A stretch of DNA of 32,000 nt from Erysipelotrichaceae bacterium MTC7. GTDB lineage: Bacteria; Bacillota_I; Bacilli_A; Erysipelotrichales; Erysipelotrichaceae. The translations under genes were made by a program, and so were the position numbers. The DNA lies in assembly GCA_001695645.1 (NCBI GenBank), contig LVZN01000056.1, positions 60,001 to 92,000 of the forward strand, written 5' to 3'. The notes under the pieces were generated by a model, which ran no database searches, was not told the DNA's origin, and saw nothing but the letters and a program-made list of their open reading frames with translations. Below, one piece after another: positions 7,702 through 17,962 of this stretch. The number at the start of each line of letters is the position of its first letter. Positions within the stretch are counted from its first letter, which is position 1.

Positions 7702-8544
7702 ATGGAAACATACAAATTAAAAAATGGAGTAGAAATTCCAAGAATCGGATTTGGTACTTGGAAATTGGATACAAGAGAACTTGCATATCCAAGTGTGAAA
7801 GAAGCCATCAAAGCTGGATATACACATATTGATACCGCTGCGGTATATGGTAATGAAACCTTCGTAGGTGAAGCTATCCGCGATGCAAACGTTGATCGTG
7901 AAAGTTTATTCATTACGACAAAATTATGGAATGACGTTCGTGGATACGATGAAACAATCGAAGCATTTGAAACATCTTTAGAAAAACTAGGGGTTGATTA
8001 CGTTGACCTTTACCTTATTCACTGGCCAAACCCAGTGAAGTATCGTGATAACTGGCAAGCGATGAACGCAGCATCTTGGAAAGCGATGGAATTTTTATAC
8101 AAAGAAGGAAAAGTTAGAGCTATTGGTGTCTCAAACTTCTTACCACACCATTTAGTAGAACTTGAGAAAACGATGGAAATTGCACCAATGGTCAATCAAA
8201 TTGAATTGCACCCAGGACAACTTCACAAAGAAACCGTTGCGTATTGCCGTGAACATGAAATTCTGATTGAAGCATGGAGTCCATTGGCGAGTGGTCGCAT
8301 TATGGAAAAACCAGAAATTAATGAACTTGCTGCCAAATATAACAAGAATGTTGGACAACTATTATTACGTTGGCATTTACAACACGACTTCTTGCCATTA
8401 CCTCGTTCCACAAAGCCAGAGCGTATCGCTAGCAACATAGATGTCTTTGATTTCGATATTACAAGTGAAGATATGGCATACATTGATGCACTACCTTACG
8501 AAGATACAAACTCTGATACAGATCCAGATACTTCAAATTTCTAA
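7702..8544 (+). CDS. aldo/keto reductase (2,5-diketo-D-gluconate reductase-like)
   Basis: 280 aa. Motifs GFGTWKL, HIDTAAVYGNE, TKLWN and LYLIHWP carry the D-Y-K-H catalytic tetrad context. Confidence 0.9.
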   Translation: METYKLKNGVEIPRIGFGTWKLDTRELAYPSVKEAIKAGYTHIDTAAVYGNETFVGEAIRDANVDRESLFITTKLWNDVRGYDETIEAFETSLEKLGVDYVDLYLIHWPNPVKYRDNWQAMNAASWKAMEFLYKEGKVRAIGVSNFLPHHLVELEKTMEIAPMVNQIELHPGQLHKETVAYCREHEILIEAWSPLASGRIMEKPEINELAAKYNKNVGQLLLRWHLQHDFLPLPRSTKPERIASNIDVFDFDITSEDMAYIDALPYEDTNSDTDPDTSNF

Positions 8545-8548
8545 ACAA

Positions 8549-8574
8549 AAAAGGAACTTCAAGTTCCTTTTTTA
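8549..8574. terminator. bidirectional terminator between convergent AKR and GNAT genes
   Basis: AAAAGGAACT-TCA-AGTTCCTTTT, a 10-bp stem flanked by an A-run and a T-run. It overlaps the GNAT stop codon. Confidence 0.6.
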
Positions 8575-9030
8575 GAGTATTTTTACATATAGCTGACAAG
8601 GATTGTGTGGATCCCACAAGGTCGGCAAAATTTCTAACGGCAAGAAGCCTTCATGTTGATAAAACAAATTCGTTTTATCATAGCTTGCATGTGAACCTGT
8701 TGCTACCGTTTTCACATGCAATACGCGATATCCATGTTCGATTGCATAAACAGTTGCTCGATCAATCAATGCGTGTCCATATCCTTTTCGTTGTTGATCG
8801 ATGCAAACTCCCATAACGGCAATCTCAAGTGCCACACAACTTGTCTTCTTTAAACTAATAAAACCAACTGGCCTACCATTATCGTATATTGCAAACAACG
8901 TTTCGTATTTCGTTTGTTGAATGTAGTTTTCTCTGGCACTTTCAATGCCAAACCACGGTTCTAACTGTTCCAAAACAGTTTTCGTTATAGCAGCTTTTTC
9001 TTTTATGTCTTCAACTATAGATATCTTCAT
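8572..9030 (-). CDS. GNAT-family N-acetyltransferase
   Basis: 152 aa. It carries the acetyl-CoA binding motif QRKGYGHALIDRA with beta-strand context. The start abuts the lipoprotein stop (TAGATG). Confidence 0.85.
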   Translation of the reverse strand: MKISIVEDIKEKAAITKTVLEQLEPWFGIESARENYIQQTKYETLFAIYDNGRPVGFISLKKTSCVALEIAVMGVCIDQQRKGYGHALIDRATVYAIEHGYRVLHVKTVATGSHASYDKTNLFYQHEGFLPLEILPTLWDPHNPCQLYVKIL

Positions 9031-9669
9031 CTACTGTAGTTTAATAATTTCTAAACGTCCGTTGTTGTTGATAACGTAAACAGTAGCTTCTGTTTTCAAT
9101 TCATCTTTACTTACACTTGTATCATCATAAGTAATTCCTAGAGTAATAACATAAGCATCAAAATCTTGTTCTTCAACAGTTGTTTCGGTTCCAAGACTTT
9201 CATCTCCTGGAATTGTAACGTTGAATGTTAAAGCTTCTGTTGTTGTGTTTTCTACTTTTACTTCTTTTACAATTGGTAAATTAGCTTTTCCATATTCATC
9301 ACTAATGAAACGGTAATTTGCATATACGTAATTCATAGCAAAAGTTTTCCATTCTTCACGATGTGCTTCTGGAATGTACGTTAGTCCACCTACATTTTCA
9401 GAACTATCTTTATTTTTTAAACTAAAGAAATCAATAACAAAGTTTTCAGCAACCAGTTGTGCTGTTTTTTCTTCGTTTGAGCCTTTCAATGCACTCGTTA
9501 ATTTATTGTATGTAACAACTTGATATTCAAAAGCATTTGTTGGTGCTTCATATACGTCATTGGTTTTCAATTGTGTTTTTGCTTCTTCCACTTTTTCATC
9601 CTTAGATCCACCACAAGCAACTAATGTTGCAAGCATTAGGACAAGGAATAGTTTTCCAATTTTTTTCAT
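9031..9669 (-). CDS. lipoprotein of unknown function
   Basis: MKKIGKLFLVLMLATLVAC-GGSK gives a signal peptide plus the lipobox LVAC. I chose the ATG at 9669, preceded by AGGAGG, rather than the ORF-track TTG at 9690. Confidence 0.8.
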   Translation of the reverse strand: MKKIGKLFLVLMLATLVACGGSKDEKVEEAKTQLKTNDVYEAPTNAFEYQVVTYNKLTSALKGSNEEKTAQLVAENFVIDFFSLKNKDSSENVGGLTYIPEAHREEWKTFAMNYVYANYRFISDEYGKANLPIVKEVKVENTTTEALTFNVTIPGDESLGTETTVEEQDFDAYVITLGITYDDTSVSKDELKTEATVYVINNNGRLEIIKLQ

Positions 9670-9728
9670 AGTGCCTCCTGCATATACCAAAATATTATAC
9701 CATAAAATAAATTATGTATATTCCTTTT

Positions 9729-9756
9729 TTCAAACAAATGCACACCGTGGTATAAT
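9729..9756 (+). promoter_or_regulatory. sigma-A type promoter for the methyltransferase gene
   Basis: TTCAAA (9729..9734), a 16-nt spacer, then an extended -10 TGgTATAAT (9748..9756). Confidence 0.55.
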
Positions 9757-9780
9757 AGGAAAAGAAATTATGAGGTGCTT

Positions 9781-10659
9781 ATGAAACTTATTGCGAAAAA
9801 TTGGAAAGACTACGAGTGTATTGATTGTGGGGATGGCGAAAAATTAGAACGTTGGAAAGATGTTATCTTGCGACGCCCTGACCCACAAGTCATTTGGCCA
9901 CTAGATCAAGCAGACAGCATGTGGAGAAAAGTTGATGCACACTACCATCGTTCAAAATCAGGTGGTGGACACTGGGAGTTTTTAAAAAAGGTACCTGAAC
10001 ACTGGACCATAGCTTATGGAGATTTAACATTCAAAGTGAGTCCAACTGGATTTAAACATACAGGTCTATTCCCTGAACAGGCTGCAAACTGGGATTACAT
10101 GATGGATAAGATTAAAAACTGTGGTCGTGATGACATTCGAGTATTAAATCTTTTTGCCTATACGGGTGGAGCGACACTTGCTTGTGCCAGTGCTGGAGCA
10201 AGCGAGGTTGTGCATGTAGATGCATCCAAAGGTATGGTGAATTGGGCGAAAGAAAACATGCAATTAAGTCACCTTAGTGATAAAAAAATACGTTTTATCG
10301 TTGATGATTGCGTTAAGTTTGTAAAGCGTGAAGCAAGACGCGGACGTACCTATCACGCCATTATTATGGATCCCCCTAGTTATGGAAGAGGACCGAATGG
10401 TGAGATGTGGAAAATCGAGGAGCAACTGTACCCATTAATATCTGCATGTTTAGAAATTCTTGATAAAGATGCACTGTTCTTCCTGGTGAATTCTTATACA
10501 ACAGGACTAGGAGCTACTGTACTTGAAAACGTTTTAAGTTTAACAGTTAAGCAGCAACAAGGTTCTGGAACGGTTACATGTGGTGAAATCGGTTTACCTA
10601 TTACTTACACCAATCAAGTTTTACCTTGCGGAATCTACGGACGTTGGGAAACGAAATAA
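9781..10659 (+). CDS. class I SAM-dependent methyltransferase (COG1092 / RlmI-like)
   Basis: Motif I is LNLFAYTGGATLACA and motif IV is IIMDPPSY. I chose the ATG at 9781, which is 5 nt after GAGG. Confidence 0.8.
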   Translation: MKLIAKNWKDYECIDCGDGEKLERWKDVILRRPDPQVIWPLDQADSMWRKVDAHYHRSKSGGGHWEFLKKVPEHWTIAYGDLTFKVSPTGFKHTGLFPEQAANWDYMMDKIKNCGRDDIRVLNLFAYTGGATLACASAGASEVVHVDASKGMVNWAKENMQLSHLSDKKIRFIVDDCVKFVKREARRGRTYHAIIMDPPSYGRGPNGEMWKIEEQLYPLISACLEILDKDALFFLVNSYTTGLGATVLENVLSLTVKQQQGSGTVTCGEIGLPITYTNQVLPCGIYGRWETK

Positions 10660-10663
10660 AAAG

Positions 10664-10695
10664 AAAGGAACATTCATTCATTTGAACGTTCCTTT
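10664..10695. terminator. long hairpin between convergent methyltransferase and HAD genes
   Basis: 13-bp stem AAAGGAACATTCA / TGAACGTTCCTTT with one mismatch, which becomes G-U on the minus-strand RNA, and a 6-nt loop. It overlaps the HAD gene stop. Confidence 0.5.
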
Positions 10696-11546
10696 TCATT
10701 TGCTTCAAGTACTTGATAGATGAGTTTTGCAACACCATCTTCTTGATTGCTAGCTGCTTCATATGTAGCAACAGCTTTTACTTCATCACTGGCTTGTCCC
10801 ATCGCATAGGAGTTTGTAAAGGCTTTTAACATGGGAATGTCATTAATTCCATCACCAACGACCAATACTTCGTCTGGATGGTATCCATAAACATCACACA
10901 CTTGTTGGATGGCATGCCCTTTAGTGGCACTGCTTGCATTGACTTCCAAATTAAACTCGTGAGATGACGTCACAATAATTCCTGGCATTGCATCAAGTGC
11001 TTTCTTTAGCGACACTTTCATCTGCGCATCTTTACATATGATTTCAATTTTCAAGATTTCTAAATTTAAAATGGATGTAAGATTGGTTTCCACATGATAA
11101 TCTTTAGTGAAATTATTAATGATTTCATCAAGGTTATCTTGTTTTTCTCCATGAAATAATGAAAGGATGCGTTCGCGCATAAATCCTTCAAAATCATCTC
11201 CATCATACATAACATAGCGACCTTCACTTGCATAATAGTCCGGTGATAATCCATATTCATCAAGAACTTCTTGTACACGGTTTACATCATCCGCACTCAT
11301 TGGATTGCTCACCAAACAGTTTCCATCGTTATCATAAAACTGCGCACCATTTAAGGCAATGCATTTTGGACGGACATTGATTGGTGCAATGGCTTGTTGC
11401 AAAGCCAAATAGTCTCTACCACTTGCTGGCATAAAAGAAACTCCATGTTTACGTAAAAGTTCTACCGCCTTGATATTCTCTTCACTAACTACATGGTCTT
11501 CATTTAATAATGTTCCATCTAAATCACTTACAAATAATCGAATCAT
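10674..11546 (-). CDS. Cof-type HAD-IIB phosphatase
   Basis: Motif I is FVSDLDGTLL and motif IV is GDGINDIPML. The start is 8 nt after the PHP phosphatase stop with SD AGGAGAAGG, so it is probably the last gene of the his transcript. Confidence 0.88.
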   Translation of the reverse strand: MIRLFVSDLDGTLLNEDHVVSEENIKAVELLRKHGVSFMPASGRDYLALQQAIAPINVRPKCIALNGAQFYDNDGNCLVSNPMSADDVNRVQEVLDEYGLSPDYYASEGRYVMYDGDDFEGFMRERILSLFHGEKQDNLDEIINNFTKDYHVETNLTSILNLEILKIEIICKDAQMKVSLKKALDAMPGIIVTSSHEFNLEVNASSATKGHAIQQVCDVYGYHPDEVLVVGDGINDIPMLKAFTNSYAMGQASDEVKAVATYEAASNQEDGVAKLIYQVLEANEKERSNE

Positions 11547-11554
11547 ACCTTCTC

Positions 11555-12325
11555 CTATAACTCCAAGGAATCTACAAAGTGTAATTGCAGACCTTGCATT
11601 TCTTCCAATGCTTTTTCTTCTAGGTTTCGCTCTAAGAGTACTTTGGGATGATGTGCATCATATCCAAAGACGACTTTACAACCTTTATCAGCAATAATTT
11701 TAAACACATCGTAGTGTGGATACATATATTGCATTCCCGTTGGATAAATTTTCTTACCGTACTTCATACCTTTTAAATTCAACTCTAAAATGGCATCGTT
11801 GCGATTTACAGCATCGCAAATACGTGCAATCGCTTGTGCATTACGCGAATTGAAATCATCTTTTCCCAACATAAAGTAATCCACATGGGCTACGTATTTT
11901 GTTAGCTTTTCATCCAATGCACGAATGACTTGTTCTGCCATAAAATCCACATCTTCATCATTACAACCATGGTCGTAATAATGGTCAAAGTTTCTTGCAT
12001 GTTGTCCAACAATCATATAATCGCAACGTTGTTTTACATCCTTTAAGTAAGCTAGTTGATCTTCAAAAAATTCAAATTCGACACCAACACGTAGGTCAAT
12101 TTGGTCTTTGTATTTTTCTTTAAGTTCATACATTCTTTGAAAATATGCATCGACTTCAAGAAAAGGAATTCGCTCTTGCGGATCATCCCAGCCATCATAA
12201 CCCAAGTGTTCACTAAAACCTAAGGTTTTAAATCCTGCTTGTATTGCATGTTTGATGTATTCTTCATCGTCACCAACTGCATGTCCACAACGTACGGTAT
12301 GTGTATGATAGTTGAACGTTTGCAT
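11555..12325 (-). CDS. hisJ: histidinol-phosphatase, PHP family (HisJ/HisK type)
   Basis: YHTHTVRCGHA at the N-terminus is the PHP metal-binding HxH motif, and GFSEH follows. It sits in the his operon, and its ATG overlaps the hisE stop (TAATG). Confidence 0.85.
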   Translation of the reverse strand: MQTFNYHTHTVRCGHAVGDDEEYIKHAIQAGFKTLGFSEHLGYDGWDDPQERIPFLEVDAYFQRMYELKEKYKDQIDLRVGVEFEFFEDQLAYLKDVKQRCDYMIVGQHARNFDHYYDHGCNDEDVDFMAEQVIRALDEKLTKYVAHVDYFMLGKDDFNSRNAQAIARICDAVNRNDAILELNLKGMKYGKKIYPTGMQYMYPHYDVFKIIADKGCKVVFGYDAHHPKVLLERNLEEKALEEMQGLQLHFVDSLEL

Positions 12326-12657
12326 TAGTATTTCTCCACCGGTTTTCTTTCCGGTTTTAAGTTTCCAGTTTTCTGACTACGTTTTTCCAGTTCATTGTTG
12401 ATGTCATCAAGCGAAATATTTTTTTCCGCCATCAAAACAAACACATGGTACAACAAGTCACTTATTTCATTAACAATTTCAGCCTTATTATTTTCTTTCA
12501 TAGAAGCAATGATTACTTCCGTTGCTTCTTCCCCTATTTTTTTAAGGATTTTTTCCAATCCTTTTTCGTATAAATAAGCAGTGTAACTACCTACTTCTGC
12601 ATGTTCTTTACGATCCAATAATGTTTCATATAACACTTGTAATTCATTTTTTGCCAT
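12325..12657 (-). CDS. hisE: phosphoribosyl-ATP pyrophosphatase
   Basis: MAKNELQVLYETLLDRK...SYTAYL...KIGEEATEV...E.SDLLYH is the HisE pattern. I chose the ATG at 12657, 6 nt after AGGAGG. The longer ORF-track start overlaps hisI in another frame. Confidence 0.9.
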   Translation of the reverse strand: MAKNELQVLYETLLDRKEHAEVGSYTAYLYEKGLEKILKKIGEEATEVIIASMKENNKAEIVNEISDLLYHVFVLMAEKNISLDDINNELEKRSQKTGNLKPERKPVEKY

Positions 12658-12667
12658 CACTAACCTC

Positions 12668-12994
12668 CTATAACACTTTCTGGAAGAAACAAGATTTAGC
12701 CCCTGTATGACAAGCAACCCCATCTTGCTTCACAACTAATAGTATTGTATCACAATCACAGTCCAAATACATATGAACCACGTGTTGGTAATGTCCACTT
12801 GTTTCACCTTTCAACCATAATTCTTGACGACTACGAGAATAATAGGTTGCTAGTTTCGTCTCGATTGTTTTTTGTAAGCTTTCTTCATTCATATATGCAA
12901 GCATTAAGACTTCCATAGTTCCCTCTTCTTGAACGATGACCGGAACTAAGCCTCCTTGCTTTGCAAAATCTATTGTTTTCAACATTTTTACCAC
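12668..12994 (-). CDS. hisI: phosphoribosyl-AMP cyclohydrolase
   Basis: 108 aa. [30 protein letters not shown] and DCDCD (the metal site) are all present. Confidence 0.92.
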   Translation of the reverse strand: MVKMLKTIDFAKQGGLVPVIVQEEGTMEVLMLAYMNEESLQKTIETKLATYYSRSRQELWLKGETSGHYQHVVHMYLDCDCDTILLVVKQDGVACHTGAKSCFFQKVL

Positions 12995-13749
12995 CTCACT
13001 GGAACGTTACGTTCTGCCAAATATGCTTTTACTTCACCAACGGTAAGTTCCCCATAGTGAAATAAACTTGCAGCAAGTGCTGCATCAGCAACATCTTCTT
13101 TAAATACTTCATAGAAATCTTCTAGGCTCCCACATCCACCAGAAGCGATTAATGGCACATCAATGATACGATTCACTGCACGCAACATCTCAATATCAAA
13201 GCCTTGTTTGGTTCCATCAGCATCCATACTTGTTAGTAAAATCTCACCAGCACCAAGAGCAACTGCTTTTTTGACCCAGTCCAATAAATCCAAGCCAGTA
13301 TCTTTTCTGCCACCAGCGACGTACACATTCCAACCCGTGTTATCCTCACGTTTTTTTGCATCAATTGCAACCACAATACACTGAGAACCAAAGGCTTTTG
13401 CCCCAGCTTCAATTAAGGTTGGATCTTGAATAGCTGCTGAGTTAAGCGATATCTTATCAGCTCCTGCAAGCAACATGTTTCGCATATCTTCAACCGAGCG
13501 GATACCACCACCGATAGTGAAAGGAATATAAATTTCTTTGGCAACATCATTTGCGACATCCACCATCGTTTTTCTTTCTTCGTGAGTTGCAGTAATATCT
13601 AAAAAAACGATTTCATCTGCCCCTTGTTCATAATATGATTTGGCAAGGTTTACGGGATCTCCAACTTCTTTAATCCCAACAAAGTTGACTCCTTTTACCA
13701 CTTTACCCTCACGTACGTCTAAGCAAGGAATAATTCGTTTTGTAAGCAT
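12988..13749 (-). CDS. hisF: imidazole glycerol phosphate synthase, cyclase subunit
   Basis: [24 protein letters not shown] and GGGIRS match HisF. It sits in operon context. Confidence 0.95.
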   Translation of the reverse strand: MLTKRIIPCLDVREGKVVKGVNFVGIKEVGDPVNLAKSYYEQGADEIVFLDITATHEERKTMVDVANDVAKEIYIPFTIGGGIRSVEDMRNMLLAGADKISLNSAAIQDPTLIEAGAKAFGSQCIVVAIDAKKREDNTGWNVYVAGGRKDTGLDLLDWVKKAVALGAGEILLTSMDADGTKQGFDIEMLRAVNRIIDVPLIASGGCGSLEDFYEVFKEDVADAALAASLFHYGELTVGEVKAYLAERNVPVRW

Positions 13750-13750
13750 C

Positions 13751-14476
13751 TTAGTTCCCCCTTGCTACGCGAATGGCTTCTTGCAAATCCAATGTTTTGT
13801 GGTACATTGCTTTTCCGGTAATGGCTCCATAAAAACCATCAATCGTTGCAAGAGCTTTTATGTCAGCAATGTCTTTAATACCACCACTAGCAATAATTTG
13901 CATATCCACATGATCTTGCAATTCTTGATACATGGTTGCATTGATTCCACTTAAGGTTCCATCTTTTGAGATATCTGTCACAATAATGGTTTTAACACCC
14001 ATGGTCTCCAATTTCTTACAAAAGTCCAAATACTGTTCGTTGCTTGCCTCAAGCCAGCCACGTCCATAGACATATCCATCTTTGAAATCAACGCCAACAG
14101 CAATTTGATCACCATATGCATCAATTGCCTCTTGTAAAAACGCTGGATTTTCAAGTGCCACCGTTCCTAGGATTACACGACTCACCCCATGATTTAAATA
14201 ATAATCAATGGCTTGCATGTCACGAATTCCACCACCGATTTCAACTGGTATCGTTAATTCATTTGCAACTTGTACGATTGCTTCTGCATTGATTAGTTTT
14301 CCGTCTTTCGCTCCATCTAAATCTACCAAATGTAAATAGTCTGCCCCTACGTTTTCAAACATTTTTGCAAGTTCTAAAATGGTTCCTTCGACATTTTCCA
14401 CTTGATTGTAGTCCCCTTTATATAAGCGGACAGGTTTTCCTTTAAGAATATCAATTGCTGGTAGAATAATCATCAC
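13751..14476 (-). CDS. hisA: ProFAR isomerase
   Basis: [26 protein letters not shown] and GGGIR match HisA. It sits in operon context. Confidence 0.95.
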   Translation of the reverse strand: MMIILPAIDILKGKPVRLYKGDYNQVENVEGTILELAKMFENVGADYLHLVDLDGAKDGKLINAEAIVQVANELTIPVEIGGGIRDMQAIDYYLNHGVSRVILGTVALENPAFLQEAIDAYGDQIAVGVDFKDGYVYGRGWLEASNEQYLDFCKKLETMGVKTIIVTDISKDGTLSGINATMYQELQDHVDMQIIASGGIKDIADIKALATIDGFYGAITGKAMYHKTLDLQEAIRVARGN

Positions 14477-15074
14477 AAACCTCCTTAAATCTTGCTAACA
14501 TCGCCAAGCCAACTTCTCCACTTTTTTCAGGGTGAAATTGCATCGCGAAAATATTATCTTTATGAAAATAGCCAGGCACTTGTAAGTTTCCATAGTTACT
14601 ATATCCCACTAGGTCTTCGCTGTCGTAGTTGGTTGCCAAATAACTGTGTACGTAATATACATATGCTTCTTGCATTTCATCAATCAACACATCATTTCTC
14701 GTAAATGATAGTTGGTTCCACCCCATGTGTGGTATTTTTTCATCAACCACCATACGACGAACTTCTCCTTTAAAAAAGCCAAAGCCTTCTGTCGTTTCAC
14801 CTTCATACCCTCGTTCAAACAATACTTGCATACCTAAGCAAATACCTAAAAACGGCGTTTTGTTGCTTACAACGCGGCGAATTACTTCTACCAGGTTTCG
14901 TTCCTTTAAGTTTTTCATGGAATCTTCAAAAGCACCTACTCCAGGCAAAATCACTCCACTTGCCTGCAAAATAACTTTGGGATCACTTGTAATTTGACTG
15001 GTAATACCAAGTGTATCCAATGCATTTTTTACACTGTGAAGATTTCCTAACCCGTAATCAATGATGGCAATCAT
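14451..15074 (-). CDS. hisH: imidazole glycerol phosphate synthase, glutamine amidotransferase subunit
   Basis: IAIIDYGLGNL.SV, LPGVGAF, GICLGMQ (catalytic Cys) and FHPEKS match HisH. Confidence 0.95.
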   Translation of the reverse strand: MIAIIDYGLGNLHSVKNALDTLGITSQITSDPKVILQASGVILPGVGAFEDSMKNLKERNLVEVIRRVVSNKTPFLGICLGMQVLFERGYEGETTEGFGFFKGEVRRMVVDEKIPHMGWNQLSFTRNDVLIDEMQEAYVYYVHSYLATNYDSEDLVGYSNYGNLQVPGYFHKDNIFAMQFHPEKSGEVGLAMLARFKEVCDDYSTSN

Positions 15075-15655
15075 TGAATAACTCCTTTACTGGAAGGAAT
15101 GGAAGTTCCTTCCACTTGAATGGCTTGTTTTAACGCACGAGCAAGTCCTTTAAACATCGCTTCCACTTTGTGGTGATCATTGTCCCCATACAGTAGATTG
15201 ATGTGAAGGGTTACCTTTGCTTGCATCACAAAAGCATAGAAGAATTCTTTTGTCATTTCCAACGAGTATCCATTGATTGACTCACGTTGAAAATCTGCAT
15301 GAAAGACTAAATATGGTCGACCACTAATATCCGCATCCACGGTGCAAAGTGTTTCATCCATGACCATTCGCATACTTCCATAACGAGCAATTCCACGTTT
15401 GTCTCCCAAAGCCAATTGGAATAGTTCTCCAAGTAGAATTCCACAATCTTCAATCATGTGGTGATCATCTACATATAAATCTCCTTTCGCTTTACACACA
15501 AGATCAAAGCCTGAATGAAAAGCAAACAAGGTTAACATATGATCAAAGAAACCAATTCCTGTATCAATATCACTGGTTCCAGAACCATCTAAATTTAATG
15601 ACATTTCTATTTGTGTTTCTTTAGTATCACGTCTTTTACTAGCAAATCGTCCCAT
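15071..15655 (-). CDS. hisB: imidazoleglycerol-phosphate dehydratase
   Basis: R.T.ET.I...L.LDG, GF.DHML, D.HH..ED and HH..EA.FK match HisB. It is monofunctional, with no HAD domain. Confidence 0.95.
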   Translation of the reverse strand: MGRFASKRRDTKETQIEMSLNLDGSGTSDIDTGIGFFDHMLTLFAFHSGFDLVCKAKGDLYVDDHHMIEDCGILLGELFQLALGDKRGIARYGSMRMVMDETLCTVDADISGRPYLVFHADFQRESINGYSLEMTKEFFYAFVMQAKVTLHINLLYGDNDHHKVEAMFKGLARALKQAIQVEGTSIPSSKGVIQ

Positions 15656-15666
15656 TTGGTTCTCCT

Positions 15667-16683
15667 TTACACTTGGCGTAGTATATCTAATACTCGCTTG
15701 TTATCTTGTGTATTTCCCACGGTAATGCGGAAATACATATCGTTAAAATTACGAATTACAATACTTGCTTCTTCCATCAAAGCCAACAATCTTTCTTTTT
15801 GGTTTGTCTTTCCATAAAAGTAGTTTGCACACGATGGATAAAGCGTTACGTTTTTTGGTGTGTCTGCCAAATATGCTTCATACATTGCATCCCTTGCTTG
15901 CGTAATGGCTTCAATATCCGCCAATACTTTATCCTTTTGTTCGAGCACACGAGTTGCAACGACTTGTGTCAACACATTGACGTTATAAGGTACTTTGTAT
16001 ACTTCGAGTTCTTTGATGGTTTCTTTGTTTGCGACCATCATACCACAACGAATTCCAGCCAACCCAAACGCCTTTGATAAGGTACGTGTGACTAGTAAAT
16101 TCTTGTAGTTTTGAATTTGATCAAGCATGCTGCTCTCTGCAAACTCTGCATAAGCTTCATCTACGATGACATATGTATCTGCAAAGGCTTCAACAATTGC
16201 AATGAGATCTTGTTTATCAATACAACGTCCAGTTGGATTGTTTGGATTGGAAAAACAAATCAAATCTGGTTTCGCTTGTTTCCCTTCCGCAATAAAACGA
16301 TCAACATCAAAAACCTCATCAACCTTTAATGGAAAACGAACGACGTTTGCATCTTGTAAGGTTGCATAATAATCGTACATCGAAAAATCATACTCCATCG
16401 TATACAATGTTTTGTCTTTCCCTAGGCGCAAATGAATCATTAACCCTAGTAACTCATCACTTCCATTGCCAACCATGATTTCACTAGGTTGTAAATTCAT
16501 GTACTTTCCGTATGCTTGGCGGACCATCATAACATCATTGTCCGGATAGCGATGAAAATCAATAGTTACCATGCTATCCACGATTGTTTGTATGACTTCA
16601 TCATCCAAATTGTTTGGATTTTCATTTGCATTCAACAAGAGACCTTCTTGTTGGTTAGCTTCATATGCTTCAATTTTTTTCAT
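15667..16683 (-). CDS. hisC: histidinol-phosphate aminotransferase
   Basis: 338 aa. NANENP, YPD, GNGSDE, NPNNPTG, DEAY.EF and TLSKAFGLAG.R (the PLP lysine) are all present. Confidence 0.92.
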   Translation of the reverse strand: MKKIEAYEANQQEGLLLNANENPNNLDDEVIQTIVDSMVTIDFHRYPDNDVMMVRQAYGKYMNLQPSEIMVGNGSDELLGLMIHLRLGKDKTLYTMEYDFSMYDYYATLQDANVVRFPLKVDEVFDVDRFIAEGKQAKPDLICFSNPNNPTGRCIDKQDLIAIVEAFADTYVIVDEAYAEFAESSMLDQIQNYKNLLVTRTLSKAFGLAGIRCGMMVANKETIKELEVYKVPYNVNVLTQVVATRVLEQKDKVLADIEAITQARDAMYEAYLADTPKNVTLYPSCANYFYGKTNQKERLLALMEEASIVIRNFNDMYFRITVGNTQDNKRVLDILRQV

Positions 16684-17962
16684 TTTCTAATCTAACCTCA
16701 ACTGCGTTTGCGTGCGCAAATAATTCCTCTTGCTTTGCAAATTTTGCAATTTTCTTTCCTTCTTCTAAAAGTACTTCTTTTGGATAGTACAAGTACGAAC
16801 TTGTTTTCACAAAACTGTTCACGCCCAGTGGCGAGTAAAAACGTGCAGTCCCATTGGTTGGCAATACGTGATTGGTTCCACCAAAGTAATCTCCAATGCT
16901 CTCGCAACTGTAGTAACCAAGGAAAACACTTCCTGCATTACGTACTTGTGATAAATATGTTTTTGCATCTGCGACCATAAGTTCCAAATGCTCTGGAGCA
17001 ATTTTGTTTGATAATTCAATTGCTTCTGCAATTGTATCAACAACAAGTGCATATCCATATGCTTGAAATGACTGTTCGATGATGTCTTTTCTTGGCATTG
17101 TTTCCACTTGTTTTGCCAATTCTTTTTCTACAGCTTTAACTATCGTTTCATCAGTAGCAATCAAGATACTACTAGCCATCGGATCGTGTTCTGCTTGACT
17201 CATTAGATCGGCTGCAATATATGCAGGATCTGCACCTGTATCAGCAATAACTAGAATTTCACTTGGTCCGGCAATCATATCAATGTCAACTTGTCCATAG
17301 ACCAGTTTTTTTGCTTCAGCCACAAAAATATTACCCGGACCAACAATTTTATCGACTTGTGGGATACTTTCTGTTCCATATGCTAAAGCAGCGATGGCTT
17401 GCGCACCTCCAACTTTATATATGGTATCAACCCCTGCAATTTTAGCGGTAGCCAAAATCACCGGATTGATGTTACCATCCTTGTCTGGTGGCGAAACCAT
17501 GATGACTTCATCCACACCGGCAATTTTTGCAGGTATGACATCCATCAACACCGTACTTGGATAGGGTGAACGTCCTCCTGGCACATAGATACCGACACGT
17601 TGTAAGGGAATCACGCGTTGTCCCATATACACGCCATTATCCTTAGTTAGTTCGTAACCTTCACGCTTTTGGGCTTCATGGTAGAACTCAATATTTGCTT
17701 TCGCTTCTTCCAAAATAGAAATCAACTCAGGATCACATGTTGCATAAGCTTGATCAATTTCTTTTTGACTTACTTTGAATTGATCCAGACTGACTCCATC
17801 AAATTTCTTTGTATATGCTTTTAAAGCAGCATCTTTGTTGGTCTTGACTTTACGAAGTATATCCATAACCGTTATGGTAATTCCTGGATCAATTTCCATC
17901 GAGCGTGCTTGCAACAATTCAAGAATAGCCGCTTCACTTTGAACATCAACTCTTTTCAACAT
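16670..17962 (-). CDS. hisD: histidinol dehydrogenase
   Basis: 430 aa. GIYVPGG, GGAQAIAA, GPGN.FV, AGPSE and SQAEHD match HisD. Confidence 0.95.
   Translation of the reverse strand: MLKRVDVQSEAAILELLQARSMEIDPGITITVMDILRKVKTNKDAALKAYTKKFDGVSLDQFKVSQKEIDQAYATCDPELISILEEAKANIEFYHEAQKREGYELTKDNGVYMGQRVIPLQRVGIYVPGGRSPYPSTVLMDVIPAKIAGVDEVIMVSPPDKDGNINPVILATAKIAGVDTIYKVGGAQAIAALAYGTESIPQVDKIVGPGNIFVAEAKKLVYGQVDIDMIAGPSEILVIADTGADPAYIAADLMSQAEHDPMASSILIATDETIVKAVEKELAKQVETMPRKDIIEQSFQAYGYALVVDTIAEAIELSNKIAPEHLELMVADAKTYLSQVRNAGSVFLGYYSCESIGDYFGGTNHVLPTNGTARFYSPLGVNSFVKTSSYLYYPKEVLLEEGKKIAKFAKQEELFAHANAVEVRLENEKN

Noticed and set aside
12658-12723. N-terminal extensions given by the ORF track's longest-ORF rule. 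Affected: hisE 12658..12723, EIIB 29470..29712, the 57-aa ORF 24515..24616, GyrI-like 22185..22277, the 71-aa ORF 27277..27324, ankyrin 4693..4710, nitroreductase 7159..7176, lipoprotein 9670..9690 and methyltransferase 9775..9780.
   Set aside because: In each case an internal ATG is preceded by a good SD at proper spacing. The extension overlaps an upstream gene, terminator or promoter, or lies inside the SD itself.
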